DNA of 64,000 nucleotides from Utricularia gibba. Taxonomy: Eukaryota; Plantae; Magnoliophyta. Location of the stretch: the NCBI GenBank assembly GCA_002189035.1, contig NEEC01000008.1, positions 2,170,001 to 2,234,000 on the forward strand. Direction: 5' to 3'. The position numbers were made by a program, and so were the translations under genes. Under the pieces are notes generated by a model. That model was not told where the DNA came from. It saw only the letters and a list, made by a program, of their open reading frames with translations, and ran no database searches. Each line of letters starts with the position of its first letter. The first letter of the stretch is position 1. Below are positions 35,206 to 50,406 of the stretch, piece by piece.

Positions 35206-37116
35206 GCGATGGACACGGCTGAGAACCAATCGAATTATCAAGAGATGTTTTTATTAAAAAATAATAATAATTTCGACGTCCTTTGTGTGCAACCGAGGCA
35301 ATTGCATCCACGGCTCAGATTACATTTGCGATTGAACAAATTATTATGTACGAACTAGTAATGTTCATGTGCAGGGTTTGGTACGATACTAATAACAATT
35401 AAAATCGAACCAGATTAAAGATTTGTATATCTAGATCCGGATTGAAACTGATTTGATATTAATCAGATTTGGGTGAAAATCGAATATAATTTTTTTTTCA
35501 ACCGTTTGAGTGTTTTTGATACATGAATAAATTATATAAGAGATAAGATATGATATATAAAAAATAGTTATATGACATTATTATTTTATATCAATTCATA
35601 TTATCTTATTATTTTATTACATATTTATAGTATAATTTATTCTGAGTATAATTTATCCCATTTATAAAATATATTTTTTTTCTCATTTAACTATCCCCTT
35701 TATTATTTCTACGAAACACACTTTGAGTATTGTTATTACAAGTATTTCAATCCTTTTGATATAACATTTTTTCCATATTAGAATCATTTATTAACGATTT
35801 TAGATTTGACATTTTTAAAGTGATTTTAATTATATTCCATTTTCAATAATACCGGACGATCCGTGTACCAACCAAAAGCAAAGGTGGCGGCTTCCAGACC
35901 AAAGACAAAAATGACCTTGGCCTGCCCGCCACTGATTGGTTGTACCAAGACGTAAATGTGGTTCAAGTACATTCATATTTAATGTTACAAATAAGCAATA
36001 AAAATATTTATCTACAAAAAATCAGAGGTTATCTTTAAATTAATTAGGTCGATGATTTAATTAATAATATATTTAATTTGTTGTGTTTATATAGATATAT
36101 TTATATACATATGTATAACAATTGTAATGTTTAAAATATAAGAATAAAGGTGGGGGATCGCCGGGGTAGCCCCAGGCGGCCGGAACTGGGAGTACGAACG
36201 GAGACGTTTGGCGAACCTAGGACACATGGGAAGGGGAAGCAAGGACAATGATGGTGGAATGTAGGAAGGATATAACGTAAATAGCCCATCTTGTGAATCT
36301 CAACTCTCTGATAAACCTGGAGAGACTGACCGGAGAGGCGGAGGCGAGTGCTGTGCTGCGCAATCCAATAGCGGGTATGTTTTTGTGTGTGTTCTTCCGG
36401 TGGTTGTCGTTTGTTTCAAAAAAGTTGATTCCTTTGTTCGAAGCCTTGGCACAATTCTAGAAACCAACTTCATATTTTTTTGTGTCTTCGCCTTTCTATT
36501 CTAGCAAAGTTGAGTGATTCCCTCTTCCTAGTGGTTGCTTTCTTCCGACGGAACGCGTATTCGCTACAGGAGGAAGACGTGGGTTTTGGTTCATGCTAGT
36601 GAACGTCCTTTTCTGAAGGGAAAAAATGGAGGGGGATTCTAATGTTACTGTAAGCAAAAGACTTTCGTTTAATTCTCCCTGGTTCTTCTGGGTATCTTCT
36701 CTTGGTCCATTGAATTGAATCGAATCACAGGTTCTTCCTTTTCTTTGTTGACGTAAATGAGTTCACATTCTAAAAGATTGGACTTTTGGGTTCTGGCCAT
36801 ACGTTACCAATTCGCTGGTAGTGAGAGATTCTGAGAAGGATGTATTGATCCTTTTCCGACTTTGTTCTTTGCAAGAACCATTTCTTTCCTTAAATTTTCT
36901 CCTCCGTCTTTACATAACCAAGATCCCGTCTATCTCTCTCCTCCACCTTTCTTGTATTCATCTGCCTCCTCCTCTTCTCATCTTTGCACCCCTTTCTCAG
37001 AAGGAAGAAAACAATAAATTTGGGGGAGAGAATCAGGGGCAATTCAGTTTCCCTTTCTCTGTCTTGTTGTTTCTTGATGAAAAATATATTTGATCCTTTG
37101 ACAAACGTTTCCTCCA

Positions 37117-38444
37117 ATGCAGACAAACCTTGAATGTTTCTTGGAATGCACAACGCCTCTGGTCCCATCTCAATCCTTGTCTAAGGTTTGTTCATTCATC
37201 ATCAGACCAATATTATTTACTGTTGCATTCTCCATCCTGTAAGGGTACAAGGTTACCTGCTTCTTAGGTTTTTAGTCTTTTTCTTTTTCCATTCCAGCGT
37301 CTTATTTTTCACATATCCTGCTTTAGAGTGAGGCCAGGAAGCTCAACAAGCTATGGCATCCATGGGAAAGACAACATTTGGACTACTTTGTGCTCTGTGA
37401 TCTTTGGAAATGCCTTGATGAAAGGAGTGCTTATGGACTAGGAGTTCCGGTAAGAACAGAAGATGGGCAAAACATAGTCCAGTACTTCGCGCCCTATCTC
37501 TCAGCTATACAAATTTTCACCAGTTCTTCAACTGGATGCTTAAGGTAAAACCTGTTTTAGTTCTCTTTCAAACTCAGTAGCAGTTGCTGATGAAAAACTC
37601 TCAATCTGGGACAGGGAAGAGACAGATTCAGTAACTGAATCGAAGGGGTTTCTTAGCAACTTGTTCAGTGATGAGATCGAAAGCGAGAAGCTATCAGGGT
37701 GGGATGCATCTTCCTCAGAGGAAGGAGCACTAGAGCAAGAAACCTTCTGGTTTCCAAACCAAAGATTAGGGAATCTTTACTTTCAGTACCTTGAGGGATC
37801 ATCACCTTATGTAAGAGTGCCTATTGTAGACAAGGTAAATCCTCCATGTATTCTGCTGTGATGTAAAGGGAAAGATCCTTGAAGTATTCTGTTTTTGCCA
37901 TAGCAGATTCACAGTCTAGCCAAACGGTATCCGGGATTGATGTCCTTGAGAAGCGTCGACCTCTTGCCTGCAAGTTGGATGGCCATCGCCTGGTTAGTTC
38001 TTCCTCATTCGTGCTACCATTCACCTGAACTCAACTAAGAGTTGCAGATCATTGTGTCACTAGGTACCCCATTTATCACATCCCAACAGTCAGCACCATG
38101 AGGGATCTGCAAACATGTTTCCTAACATACCACACTCTATCATCGTGGTTCGAAGGTGAGAATTTGGTCACACAATTCACGTAAGAACTCCCCTTATGAC
38201 TGTAATCTGAAGAACAGATATGGAGTTGGAATATGACAAGGAGGACGGCGAGAACCGGATCGCCCTCCCGCCGTTCGGGCTGGTTTCATACAAGATGCAG
38301 GGGAAGATATGGCTGTCAACAGAAAAGAGCGATGAGGACATCGAGAGAATGAGTTCCCTATTGAGCGCAGCAGATTCTTGGCTGAAGCAGCTACAAGTCC
38401 AGCACCATGACTACAACTTTTTCATGGGAATCAGACATGGGTAG
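37117..38444 (+). CDS. DUF789 family protein
   Basis: Six in-phase exons: NLECFLECTTPLVPSQ, LWHPWE...SAYGLGVP...VQYFAPYLSAIQIFT, LYFQYLEGSSPYVRVP, YPGLMSLRSVDL, WYPIYHIP...TCFLTYHTLS and LPPFGLVSYKMQG...ADSWLKQLQVQHHDYNFF. Confidence 0.92.
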
Positions 38445-39108
38445 GTCTTACTTTTAGGAGACACTGGTTTAGTTTGCAGGGAGGGGCTTGTGCTCCACTG
38501 CTGCTATCCGCCATGGTTGTCAGCTGCGAGGAAGGATGAAGAACACCTCCTGGCTTCACGCGTGTTGGTAGATTAGATTTCTGGACAGCAATGTTTTCAG
38601 GTATAATCCCGTAAATCCAATAACGTGATCACGCCGTACAAATCTGGGCAGAAGAAGTTGAGTTGAAGACGAAGCCTGTCTGAACATCAGGACTTAGATT
38701 CATTTGTGTCTGAATAAAGGTTAGTTAAAATAATAAATTGTATAATTTTTTAGAATTGATTCAATAGTTTATATAAAAAATTAAAAATGTTAAATTTAAA
38801 TAATAATTTTAACTTTTAAATAGTGTATAATAAATATAGTTAAAAATTAGTAAATCAATCCAATTAATTGTAAAAAAAAAAAAAAAATTCAAGCCACAAG
38901 AAAAATAAATAATATCTTTCTATTATGGACAAATAAATACAATATTTTGTAATTTGTATCGAGAGAATTCGGGGCTCGGATTCTGATTGGGCAGAAGAAG
39001 CTCAGTTGGGGCCCACGGCGTCCTCTTATCCTCGAAGACGAAGAACTCACAGAAGTTCCGATAAGCGGCGGCAGTTTCAGGGAGGAGGCGTTGTTTTTCT
39101 TCGCTGGC

Positions 39109-40643
<1,535 letters not shown>

Positions 40644-41352
40644 TCACTGAACCAAGCATGGATGAACAGAGTAGAATGCCAATACACATGAGCAAGAGAT
40701 ATTCAGGGGGCTTCAGAATAAGAACCTTTTCAGGTTCAGTGTTCTTTTCTAGACAGATCCTCTTCTTCATCATGAGAAAAAAGCTTGAAAGTTCTTGAGC
40801 TGGATTCACCCCTCATTTCCATTTCTAAGCTTTCTGCTGATTCCATGGACAACATCAAACCAAGTAACAAAACAGACATGGGAAAACAATCAACGAGTTG
40901 CATGGTACTAAACTGAAAAAGATGATTACATCCTACACAGTGTTCCTGCAGTCACATAGGTCTCAATTCCTTATAGTGTGAAAAACCAGAGTTCTCTGCC
41001 AATGACAAAGAAGCTATCAAGTCATTATGCTAAAAGCTAATCACGCTTCTTCATCCAGTTGTATATGATTTATTTTCGTCATTTTTTTATTTTTTAAATT
41101 GGGAATTTGGACAGATGGAATAGCAGAAGCAACAAAATGTGCTTCTGTTGGAGCATCAATTTGGGATGTTTCAACGTGAAGGTCCCACAGCCACTCACTC
41201 CCCCTTCTTGTTGAACCTGAAAGTCTCTGTAAAGAGAGGGACAGTTGCACAAAACTTGGACTGCAATCATTTCTTTGTATCTTCATTTCCTCTAGTACTG
41301 ACGAGATTCATTCACATGATGTGGGGTGGGAGAAAGCGAACAAGCCAAGGGA

Positions 41353-42049
41353 TCAGAAGAGAAGAAGACACATTACAGTGCAGCAGCATAGAAAGAAGCA
41401 CAGCCTGCTAAGTGATCTGTTCATCTGAGTCATCCGGTGTTGTTGGCGTGGGCTTGCTGTGTATCGGTACGACGCCGGATATGTGTACAACGCTGCACCA
41501 GAGTTACCGAATATCCTGGCATAAACCATTTCCCCAAACACACCGATCCTGGGATCAGCCGTGGGTGCAGGAGGGGTGTGGCTCACTGCTGTGAGATACG
41601 GCTGCTGCTGCTCTGGTACTGTGAAGCTCCGGTGGGGAAGATGATTGAATGGCGATGAGCGGTCGGTGCGTGGCACCGGAGTTGAGGGCCTCTCGGGGAT
41701 GAGGTGAGCATCATGTTTGGAGGGGTGCGTGGGCTGTCCTCGGCCGTATAGTGGGATCATGGTCTTTTCTGAAACCTCGGTCTTGCAGACAGGGCAACTC
41801 GGGTCTGTTCATCTGGGTCGTTTGGGAAACTGATGATCCATTTGTAGATGCACGACCAGCAATAGAGGTGCCCACAAAATGTGACCACAGGATCCTGCAC
41901 AAGGTCCAGGCAGATGTTGCATTCGAACCCTCCTCCCACTTGATTTTCTTCCGGTTCCGGCTGGTCGACCTTGGAGGCCAACGGCTTGCAGGCCACCTCT
42001 CCGGTGAAACTATTGCCAATCGGCTCTGCTCCCCTAGAAAACGCTCCAT
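41353..42049 (-). CDS. RING membrane-anchor (RMA) E3 ubiquitin ligase, two frameshifts as assembled
   Basis: Contains FECNICLDLVQDPVVTFCGHLYCWSCIYKW. CPVCK appears after restoring a C at 41801-41803, followed by IPLYGRG and the RMA tail SLSRLCFFLCCCTVMCLLLF. The ATG at 42049 (MERFLG) is out of frame with the RING by one base. Confidence 0.85.
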
Positions 42050-43653
42050 GATATATGCTGCTTCACAAACCTGAGAACAGAACACTTGAATCATGTAATC
42101 ATCACATCTAGATTCATTCACAATACTATGCAATGCACCACACGGATATAATAATTTGATACCATAAGCAGCTGCAGCAATCAGAAAAAAACAAAAACAA
42201 AAAGAAGTCACATAATTATCATCTACATTGAGAAAATACTTAAACGTGTGGGATGAGTTTTGCCAACAAATACTCAACGTCAGAACCAGTTTTTATAATT
42301 GGTAAGGCCTAGTCGTCTCCCCAAAGAGTGTTATTGATTGGAGATGCCACCGAACTAAGTACCTAACGTTGATGATATTAAAGGTGAAAGCATGAAGTAG
42401 ACAGATAAACAACACGTCAATTCATCGCAAGCCATACACATCTGCTAAGCAGATTCACAGGAAGGCGCAGAAAGGGTTAACGATAAGTAGGATGCCCCAA
42501 CGCAGAAAGGAAACCTGCCCATGTCCCAGAACAAATTCAGGGGAAGGGAACCCTCAATCCGAAATTCCCATTTTCATTCAAGAATTCAAAACACGAGGGC
42601 GCATACCAAAAATTAGGACGAATCCGCTGACACCCCTCCAATCCTCCAACAAATAACAAAGCTAAATCGTCCCCAACACAAAGCAGACGCTTAAACACAT
42701 GGAAGGCGAAAATATCTGGGAAGTGGGTATCCTTTAAAGGGAAGGCGCCTGAACCCCCTGCAACAGCTCTATGCCGGAAATATTGAATGCAGAGAAGGAT
42801 GAAGCTGGGAAGCAGATAGAGAGATGTGTTTGTTTTTTCTCTGGTTATCGAAAGGGGAGAAAACGAGGGGGATTTGGAGTATTTGGATGGTGGTGATTCT
42901 GGATCAGCACGTACAGAAAGTCTATGGGCTCTGGGGCCCACCATCATTATCTATACCTAAATATTTTATTTTTTAATCACCATTAATTCATTTTTAATTC
43001 TTCATATAATATACAATTCCCCAGGTTGGCGTTGTTTCCTGACTTTTCACCACTTCCTTTATAAATACAAATATAATAATACAATTACATTTTTGTTACC
43101 CACAATTAAAATAATATTATACTAACATATAAATGATCAATTTGTATATAAAATAAATATTTTTAAATGAAATCAATTTTTATCTCTTTTTTTTTTTTGA
43201 AATTATCATATTTTATTCTTTTATTTCTTTTAAATTATTAAAGTTGATGGACTGATTCCCCATTTCATTTTACTAAATTGTACGGTAAACCCATTGTTTG
43301 GATAGATGGGCTTCTGGCCCGTGGGGGAGCCCGAGCGGACTCCTGATCGCCGTTCGTTCTTCCCCGGGGATTTGATGATATTTGGGTGCGATTCGTTTCT
43401 GTGTTTTGTTCTCTCTGAGGACTGTATGGGTTTCCGGGTGTCATTTGTTGATGCTGTCGATCGTGGGTTTTAGGTTAAGTTTGTTGATTTTTGGGGTTGT
43501 GGATGATTTCTGTTGGTAGAGTCTTCATTGTGGAACTTGATCCGTTAAGTGGTGATTGCTGGCTCTTCGGCCAAGTTTGTTTCTTGCTGGTGATTATTCA
43601 TTTAATGATGATGGTTGGGTTTGATCAGGGATTCGAGGTTTTGACGTCTTTAT

Positions 43654-44860
43654 GTGAAGAACTACATTGATAATCTCCTGCGTTTTCTTGACGGAATAAG
43701 ATCTCGTGTGGCCCAGAGTGAACGCCATTGCCATAATGTTGATATATCGGTGAAAATTGTTCAGAGTTGAGTCAAGATCCGAGGAATCACAGGGGAAGCT
43801 GAATTTCCTGGAAAAGTGTATGCAAGAGGCATCCTCTGGTTCTTCTGTTGTTTCAAATGCAGGTTCACAGGTCTGTCGAGATCCTAAGAGATAAGAAAGA
43901 GTTGCTCACTATCCAAGCTTCAACTTGCTCTGGAGGAAAGTTCCTCATCTGGTAAAACTCTGGATGATGATAGAATTTTGGTCTCTTTCGAATCTGAAAA
44001 GCCTGAAATCTCTCAAGATTCACATGGGAAGAAACCGGCACCGGTACACTATCAGGCGGCAGTACCACGATCAGTCCCTCGGTCAGACCACCTGATGTCC
44101 AGCACTCGTCTACACGAGACCCTTCATCTCTGCCTCCACCTTTTATGGCAGACGGACAAGTGTACTACATGCCTCCACCGCCAGTGATCCCTTCATACCA
44201 ATCTGAGGCTCAGTACCGACCAAGCCAACCCCATGTTCAAGAGATGACTGGGATTTCCAGTTCCCCGGCACAATCTCGAATGAATCCAAACCCCCAGATT
44301 CAATCAGGGGCTCCATGTCAGACAGTGGCCCCAGCATCTTCAACAATCTCAGCATCCCACCATGGAAACAAAGATCAGAACTTGGTCTCAACATATGTAT
44401 CCTTCATATATGCCTACTCCTAGCAGCATGTCAATGCAGCCTGGTGCATCACAGCCAGGCTTTGCTGCCTCTGAAACGTCGTCCAATGCAACAACTGCCT
44501 CAGGAGCAGCAATTCAAGGCTCGGTATGGTTCACAATCTGGAGATGGATGTATGGCTGGGGGTTGGGGCACACCGCTCTATGCTTCAAGGTAGAAATCCC
44601 TACGAGAGCTTTAACAGCGACGGAGGAGTAAGGCGCAATGGATCACCAGCTCAGCATCTGCAAGGTTCTTTTCCTCCACCATGTTTCCCTCCACAGAACA
44701 TGCCCTCTTGATGCAGCCATCCATATAGCGAGCTAATTGAGAAGCTTGTGGGCATGCGGATATGGCGGTGATCGTGTCCTTGGTCAGGCCAACCGAATTC
44801 AACTTGGTGCTCCGCATGCTGAACGATTGGGGTTCTTCTCATAGAAGCTGGCCTAGCTAG
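43654..44860 (+). pseudogene. FLOE1: FLOE1-like (DUF1421) pseudogene
   Basis: Collinear remnants: KNYIDNLLRFLDGIRSR, KLNFLEKCMQE, VHRSVEILRDKKEL, KLQLALEESSSS, Q/P/S-rich pieces, HPYSELIEKLVGM, GYGGDRV and EFNLVLRMLN. They are spread over about nine frame changes, with an in-frame TGA (44709-44711) and a 34-nt GC-AG residual intron (43829-43862). Confidence 0.8.
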
Positions 44861-45404
44861 GGGAAGATTCGCAAGTCTTTCCACCATTGTGATGCTGCCT
44901 CAGGATTCTGCATTAGCTCCTGATCTATACCCCTGATGGTGCTGCTGAAGGTTGAGAACCAAAGGGCAGGCGAGGCCATTCCTTCCCTCCCACTGCATTC
45001 AATGCACCCACCCACCAAGATCTGCCGACTAGAAAATGAATAAGACAACTAGATTTTTTTTTCTCTTGTATTTATCTCCATCTTTCTTTTCTTTTCTTAT
45101 TCTGCATTTCTGTGAATACAAAGTCTTCTAAGAAAATGTAATTTAATCGGTTTGTCAAGAAAATCAAAATAAAATATATTCATCCACTCAAATAATAGTG
45201 CTGATAATTATAAGAATAAAACAAGGAAAAAGAAAAACGGTCCCTCTTATCTTCTCTATATACTGTAATTAAAGATTGCAGACTTCCGTTGGTCTAGTTC
45301 GTTCATTCACTCAGAATCACTCCACGGAGCTCTTCTGCATTGGAGGCAATCCAGAGAAGTGTGTGACGTAAAAGGGGAATACACTTGGACGGTGTGGAGT
45401 GGAG

Positions 45405-48400
45405 ATGGATGTGCCATTACTGGGTCGTGATCGTGTCACTAGGGATGGCACGCGCGTTGTTATTACTAGTGTTTTCGGTCTACGGTCATCTGCTATTGCC
45501 CACGGATCACCATACCAGAAGGCGGCTGCTTTGGTTGATCTCGTATGTTATCTCCGTTGTTTTTGTCTGAACTCTGATTTTGAGGCATGGGTGTAGATAG
45601 GTAGTGGGTGAAGCAAAGAGTCATCTTTGAACATATTGTCTTAGAGTCTGGTAATCTGGGGCCATACAATGCTGGAAATATGTGACTTAAGCGAAGATTC
45701 TTCATTTCAAGGTTATATAGCTTGTTAGCCTTGACAAAATCTCGCAACTCTGGTTTTTTGTGGGCGTTTTTTTTTTTTGTTTGTAACAAGCGATAGGCAA
45801 TTGTTGCTTCTATTTGCGAAAAATCATGTTCTGTGGATCTTTGAATTATCTGTAAGTTTCTTTTGAATGGTGCCGCAACGTTGCAGGCTGAAGATGGAGT
45901 AGGCATACCTGAGGAGATTCTTGACCACCCAAGATTTGCGAGCTCCTTAAATTCATACTTGTTTTTCATACAATTTGATTTCCTTTGGTCTCTCAGTTAC
46001 ATTGCACTGATTCTTCTAAACTTCTTAGAGGTATATGCATAGATTTTTTTTTACCTGTCTTTTCATCTCGTTACTTCAACTTATCTGAATTTAAAGCGTG
46101 TGTTCTATATATAAATGAATTCTTTATTTCAGAAACCTCTGTGGTGTTCGGAGGATTGCAGTGATAGGGACTACTACTTTCTTGGGCAACTTCCTTACTT
46201 GAGTGGTATTGGAAATCTCATATACGAGGTAATCTGAGAAGCTGATTTACTTCCTTGTTAAAAGTGTTCTATGAAGTATTTTAAATGTCTCCTGTAATCT
46301 GCATCTATACTTTGTACTGAAACCATCAACGGCATTAGCAGTTTATGAAGCATATGATTTTCAGCTCTCTTTCTTAGTTCACATGTTTTGCTGGATTCTT
46401 ACCATGGCCAATGTGTTTTTCAGGGAGTAGTACTTCTGATTCTCATTTTTCATACTCTTTTTCCTGTTACATATGAAGGTTTCAGTGTATTTTGGAAGAA
46501 TCACATAAATAGAATCAAGGTAAGGGTCCAACCTCCTAAAATAGACTCCCATTACTACTTTTTCAGCAGTTAGACTTGAGAAAATGAGTCTGTTTTCTCA
46601 GGTGTTAGTTTGGGTTCTGTCTGTGTTGCCTCAAATCCTCATTTACCGTACTTTTAATATGTATCTTCAGGTTCTGTTTTTTTTGCTGTTGATTGCTGAC
46701 TTAGCAGTCTATGCTGTATATCTCTCGCCAATCTCGTTCCACACACTCCCATTCCGGATTGCTCCTTATGTCCGAGTTTTTCTTTTTGCTGCCTATTTCA
46801 GGTTAGTGGGAGGCTAGTCTCTTTGAAATTTTTTTTCTTAATCTCAAGAATATCTTCAACACAGTACATGTGGAGAAATTGACTCTGGGTAATATGACCG
46901 TACATAAATTTTCAGGAATATTACCGATAGCACCAAGATACTGTTTGGAATGCTTCTCACGTATCTCAATGTTCTGGTGAGTTACTCTGACCAGTGCCCT
47001 TTGGTACCTTCCTATTACTCAACATATGTCAGGAACACAAATTTTTATGATGGGCGGCCATTTGTAGGCTTTGTGGCTGCTATTTCTTCTATTTTCCAGC
47101 TGGTTGGCATACCTTCTGTTTGAAGATACTGATCAGGGAAGGGCTATATTTACATCCTACGGGACTACACTGTACCAAATGTTCATTTTATTTACGACCT
47201 CCAACAACCCTGATGTCTGGATTCCAGCTTACAAGTTAGTTGCTTTCGGAAGGGTGCTCATTACACAGAAAATTGTATTGTAATTGCTAGCATCTGTAAA
47301 TTTTGAATCCCCTTGTAGGACCTCACGCTGGTATGCCATATTCTTCGTGCTGTATGTGCTCTTGGGAGTTTATTTTGTCACCAATTTGATCCTTGCTGTT
47401 GTATATGATAGCTTTAAGGGCGAGGTATGCTTTAAATCATCAACTGCTAACTTTCATGATAATATGACTTGAGAGCCTAGTGTTTTAATTCTTTCTGTGC
47501 TCCTTCTTGTGTTGGTCATATATGCAGCTTGTCAAGCAAGTGGCCGAGAGGGATCGTCTAAGAACAAGAATACTGAAGAGAGCCTTTCACCTGATTGACG
47601 ACAAAGTCAGCATTTATATTGCAACTTCGCATACTTTATTCTTGCTTTTTGCTAGTGAGGTCTCAATAATGCCCTGGTTGACAACGAATTTGGTTCTTTT
47701 TTTTTAGATAAATGGTTTTTTGAGCAATTAGCTTGTCATTTAGAATTGTAACTGCCTTGAGCATTCGTCTATGATAACTATGCAAAACAATACATCGTCA
47801 ATACCTGATAGTTAAACCCATTTGATATTTTCAGAACCTGAGTTACCTTGACAAAGATCAATGCATCCGGCTATTGGAAGAGCTTAACAAATACAGGTAG
47901 CACTTATTTTTCTTTGAGGTTGATTGTGAAGGCGTTTCTTATTTAATTTGATATGAGAAATCGTTTGTTTTGAACTGAGCAGGACGCTGCCAAAAATTTC
48001 ACGTGAAGATTTTGAGTTAATTTTCTATGAACTAGATGACAGCCATGATGTCAAGGTAGCTAAATGGACATGGACTTGTCCTTTTTATTCCTTATACCTT
48101 GGCCTCTGGTTTTCCGTGTGTTCAATTTTATGATCATTTTCATGAGTACATCTAAAGGAAGATTATTCTCTTCATGGAACTTTCTGTTTGATTTGTCCTT
48201 CTTGTTGGCACTTTCAGATATGTTTAGAGGAGTTTTATGATCTTTCTAATGCAATTGGACTCAAGTTCCAGAAAGAAAATTTGGTAAGCAGTCATTTTTA
48301 CAGACTTGAACATCAATTTCTGCTGAATGTCATCCAGCCTAAGAAAGCCATCTCTTCAGGCATCCTTTTTTGACAGAACCTGCCCATCTTTTTATCACTC

Positions 48401-50406
48401 CCCCATCTCTGAGAAGCTAAAAAATTTCGTACGAAGCTCCACATTTGGATACATCGTCATGTTCTGCCTAGTGATAAATTTCATTGCCGTGGTTATAGAG
48501 ACAACGGTAGGATACTGGCTCTGATCTGATTTTATTGGGATTTCCTTGTCAACTGACTGTATATTTCTATGAATTTCAGCTTGACATTGCCAACAACTCT
48601 GGTCAAGCTGCTTGGCAAGCGGTCGAATTTGTATTTGGTGAGGCTCCATACATCCTCTTTTATCACTGAATAAGTGGTCAAGATCCTTTTTTTGGGAAAT
48701 ATAAATAAAATGTCCTTCCTTTCTTTCATCAGGATGGATTTACGTCATTGAAATGGCCTTAAAAATTTATTCATATGGGTTCCTGAATTATTGGAATGAT
48801 GGGCAAAATCGTTTCGACTTCATAATAACCTGGGTTATTGGTAAGCGCCTTTGTGAAGAATGTGATTCTCAGGCCACATCAGAGATAACTTTTTCTGCGT
48901 GTTGCAGTTATTGGAGAATCAACCACTTTTCTTACCCCTAGTGGGGTCACTTTTCTTTCAAACGGAGAATGGTGAGGTTTCTTCAACTAGTATTTTCCCT
49001 GCGTTTGTTTTCTTCATCTAATTTTGCAAAGCCTGACTTTTTCTCCAAATTTAGCTTAGAATGCTTCCCAAAACAAGGTTCTGTGCCCATTTTACAATGC
49101 ATCAAGTCCAAAACGCACTAGTACTGCTAAATATGTTGTGTTTATTCATCTACTTGATATCCCTCGTCTCAGAAAGTGAAACAATATCTTTGTTGACGGG
49201 CATAGTTACTTTCTTACAATTTGCTTTACCTGGAAAAAAGAAAGGCTTTGCTATGTTTGAATCTTACCACTATTTTTTTTTTCTTTTTTGCAGGATCCGT
49301 TATCTTTTAATAGCAAGGATGCTGAGGCTGGTCAGACTATTATTGCACGTTCAACAGTATCGAGCTTTTGTTGCAACATTCTTGACACTTATTCCAAGTC
49401 TAGCACCTTATCTGGGAACCGTGTTTTGTGTCTTATGCCTTTACTGCTCTCTTGGCGTACAGGTAATACACTCCAGGCACACATTTTTTTTAGAATCCGA
49501 GGTTCCCTGCAGATTACTTGGTTTCTTATTCATTCTTTAGATCTTTGGGGGTATTGTAAATGCTGGAAATCCAGACCTCAGTGGCACCGATCTCGAAGAT
49601 AGCGAGTATCCTTTTTCCCATGAGTGCTATGCTGCATTGCTTAATGACCTTTGAGACTTTCCTCTGTTTCCTTTGACGAATGTCAGCTACCTCCTCTTCA
49701 ACTTCAATGACTATCCAAATGGAATGGTAACACTCTTCAATTTGCTAGTGATGGGAAGCTGGCAAGTCTGGATGCAGGTACACAAATTAGTTCACCTGTG
49801 TTTTGTGGGTCGATATTCGTGTAAGGTGTCTAACTAAGGTTTGAAAACTCAGAGCTACAAGGAGCTGACGGGGACTATATGGACGTATGCCTTCTTCATC
49901 AGCTTCTATCTGATTGCCGTCTTGCTGCTGTTGAACTTGGTATGCATCTCCAAAGAGCATTGTTCCTTTTAATCCAGCTCTGATCCCAGACAGAATAAGA
50001 AAACAAAACATCTCTTTTCACATTGTTTCAGATTGTGGCTTTCGTCTTGGAGGCTTTCTTCGCCGAAATGGAAATCGAATCAGCTGGTAATGGTGAAACA
50101 GAGGTCAGTCACACAGATTCAATGCATAAAAATGTAGCACACCACACTTGTGATGATAAGGTTGCCTCAAAACTGAACTTGATGCAAATCTCAGGGAACC
50201 ACAATACGGAAGCGCAAAGTTGTGGGGTACGTACACAAAACTGAACACTCTTATCTGAGATTGCAGCTCAAGCAAGAGATGTCTTACACTTAACACAACT
50301 GATGATTCACAGGACATCATCAAGGAACCAAAGGGTTGATGCGCTGCTGCATCATATGCTGAGTGCAGAGCTGAACAAATCAGGAGATGCTGCTGCTGCT
50401 CCATGA
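45405..50406 (+). CDS. TPC1: Two-pore channel 1 (vacuolar slow-vacuolar channel)
   Basis: About 20 in-phase exons with no frameshift seen. Contains [14 protein letters not shown], filter I TTSNNPD, two EF-hand regions, the voltage sensor [35 protein letters not shown] and the terminal [14 protein letters not shown]. Confidence 0.97.

Noticed and set aside
47590-47860. Degenerate first EF-hand loop of TPC1 ([12 protein letters not shown])
   Set aside because: EF-hand 1 is variable among plant TPC1 proteins, and the gating EF-hand 2 keeps its key acidic positions.
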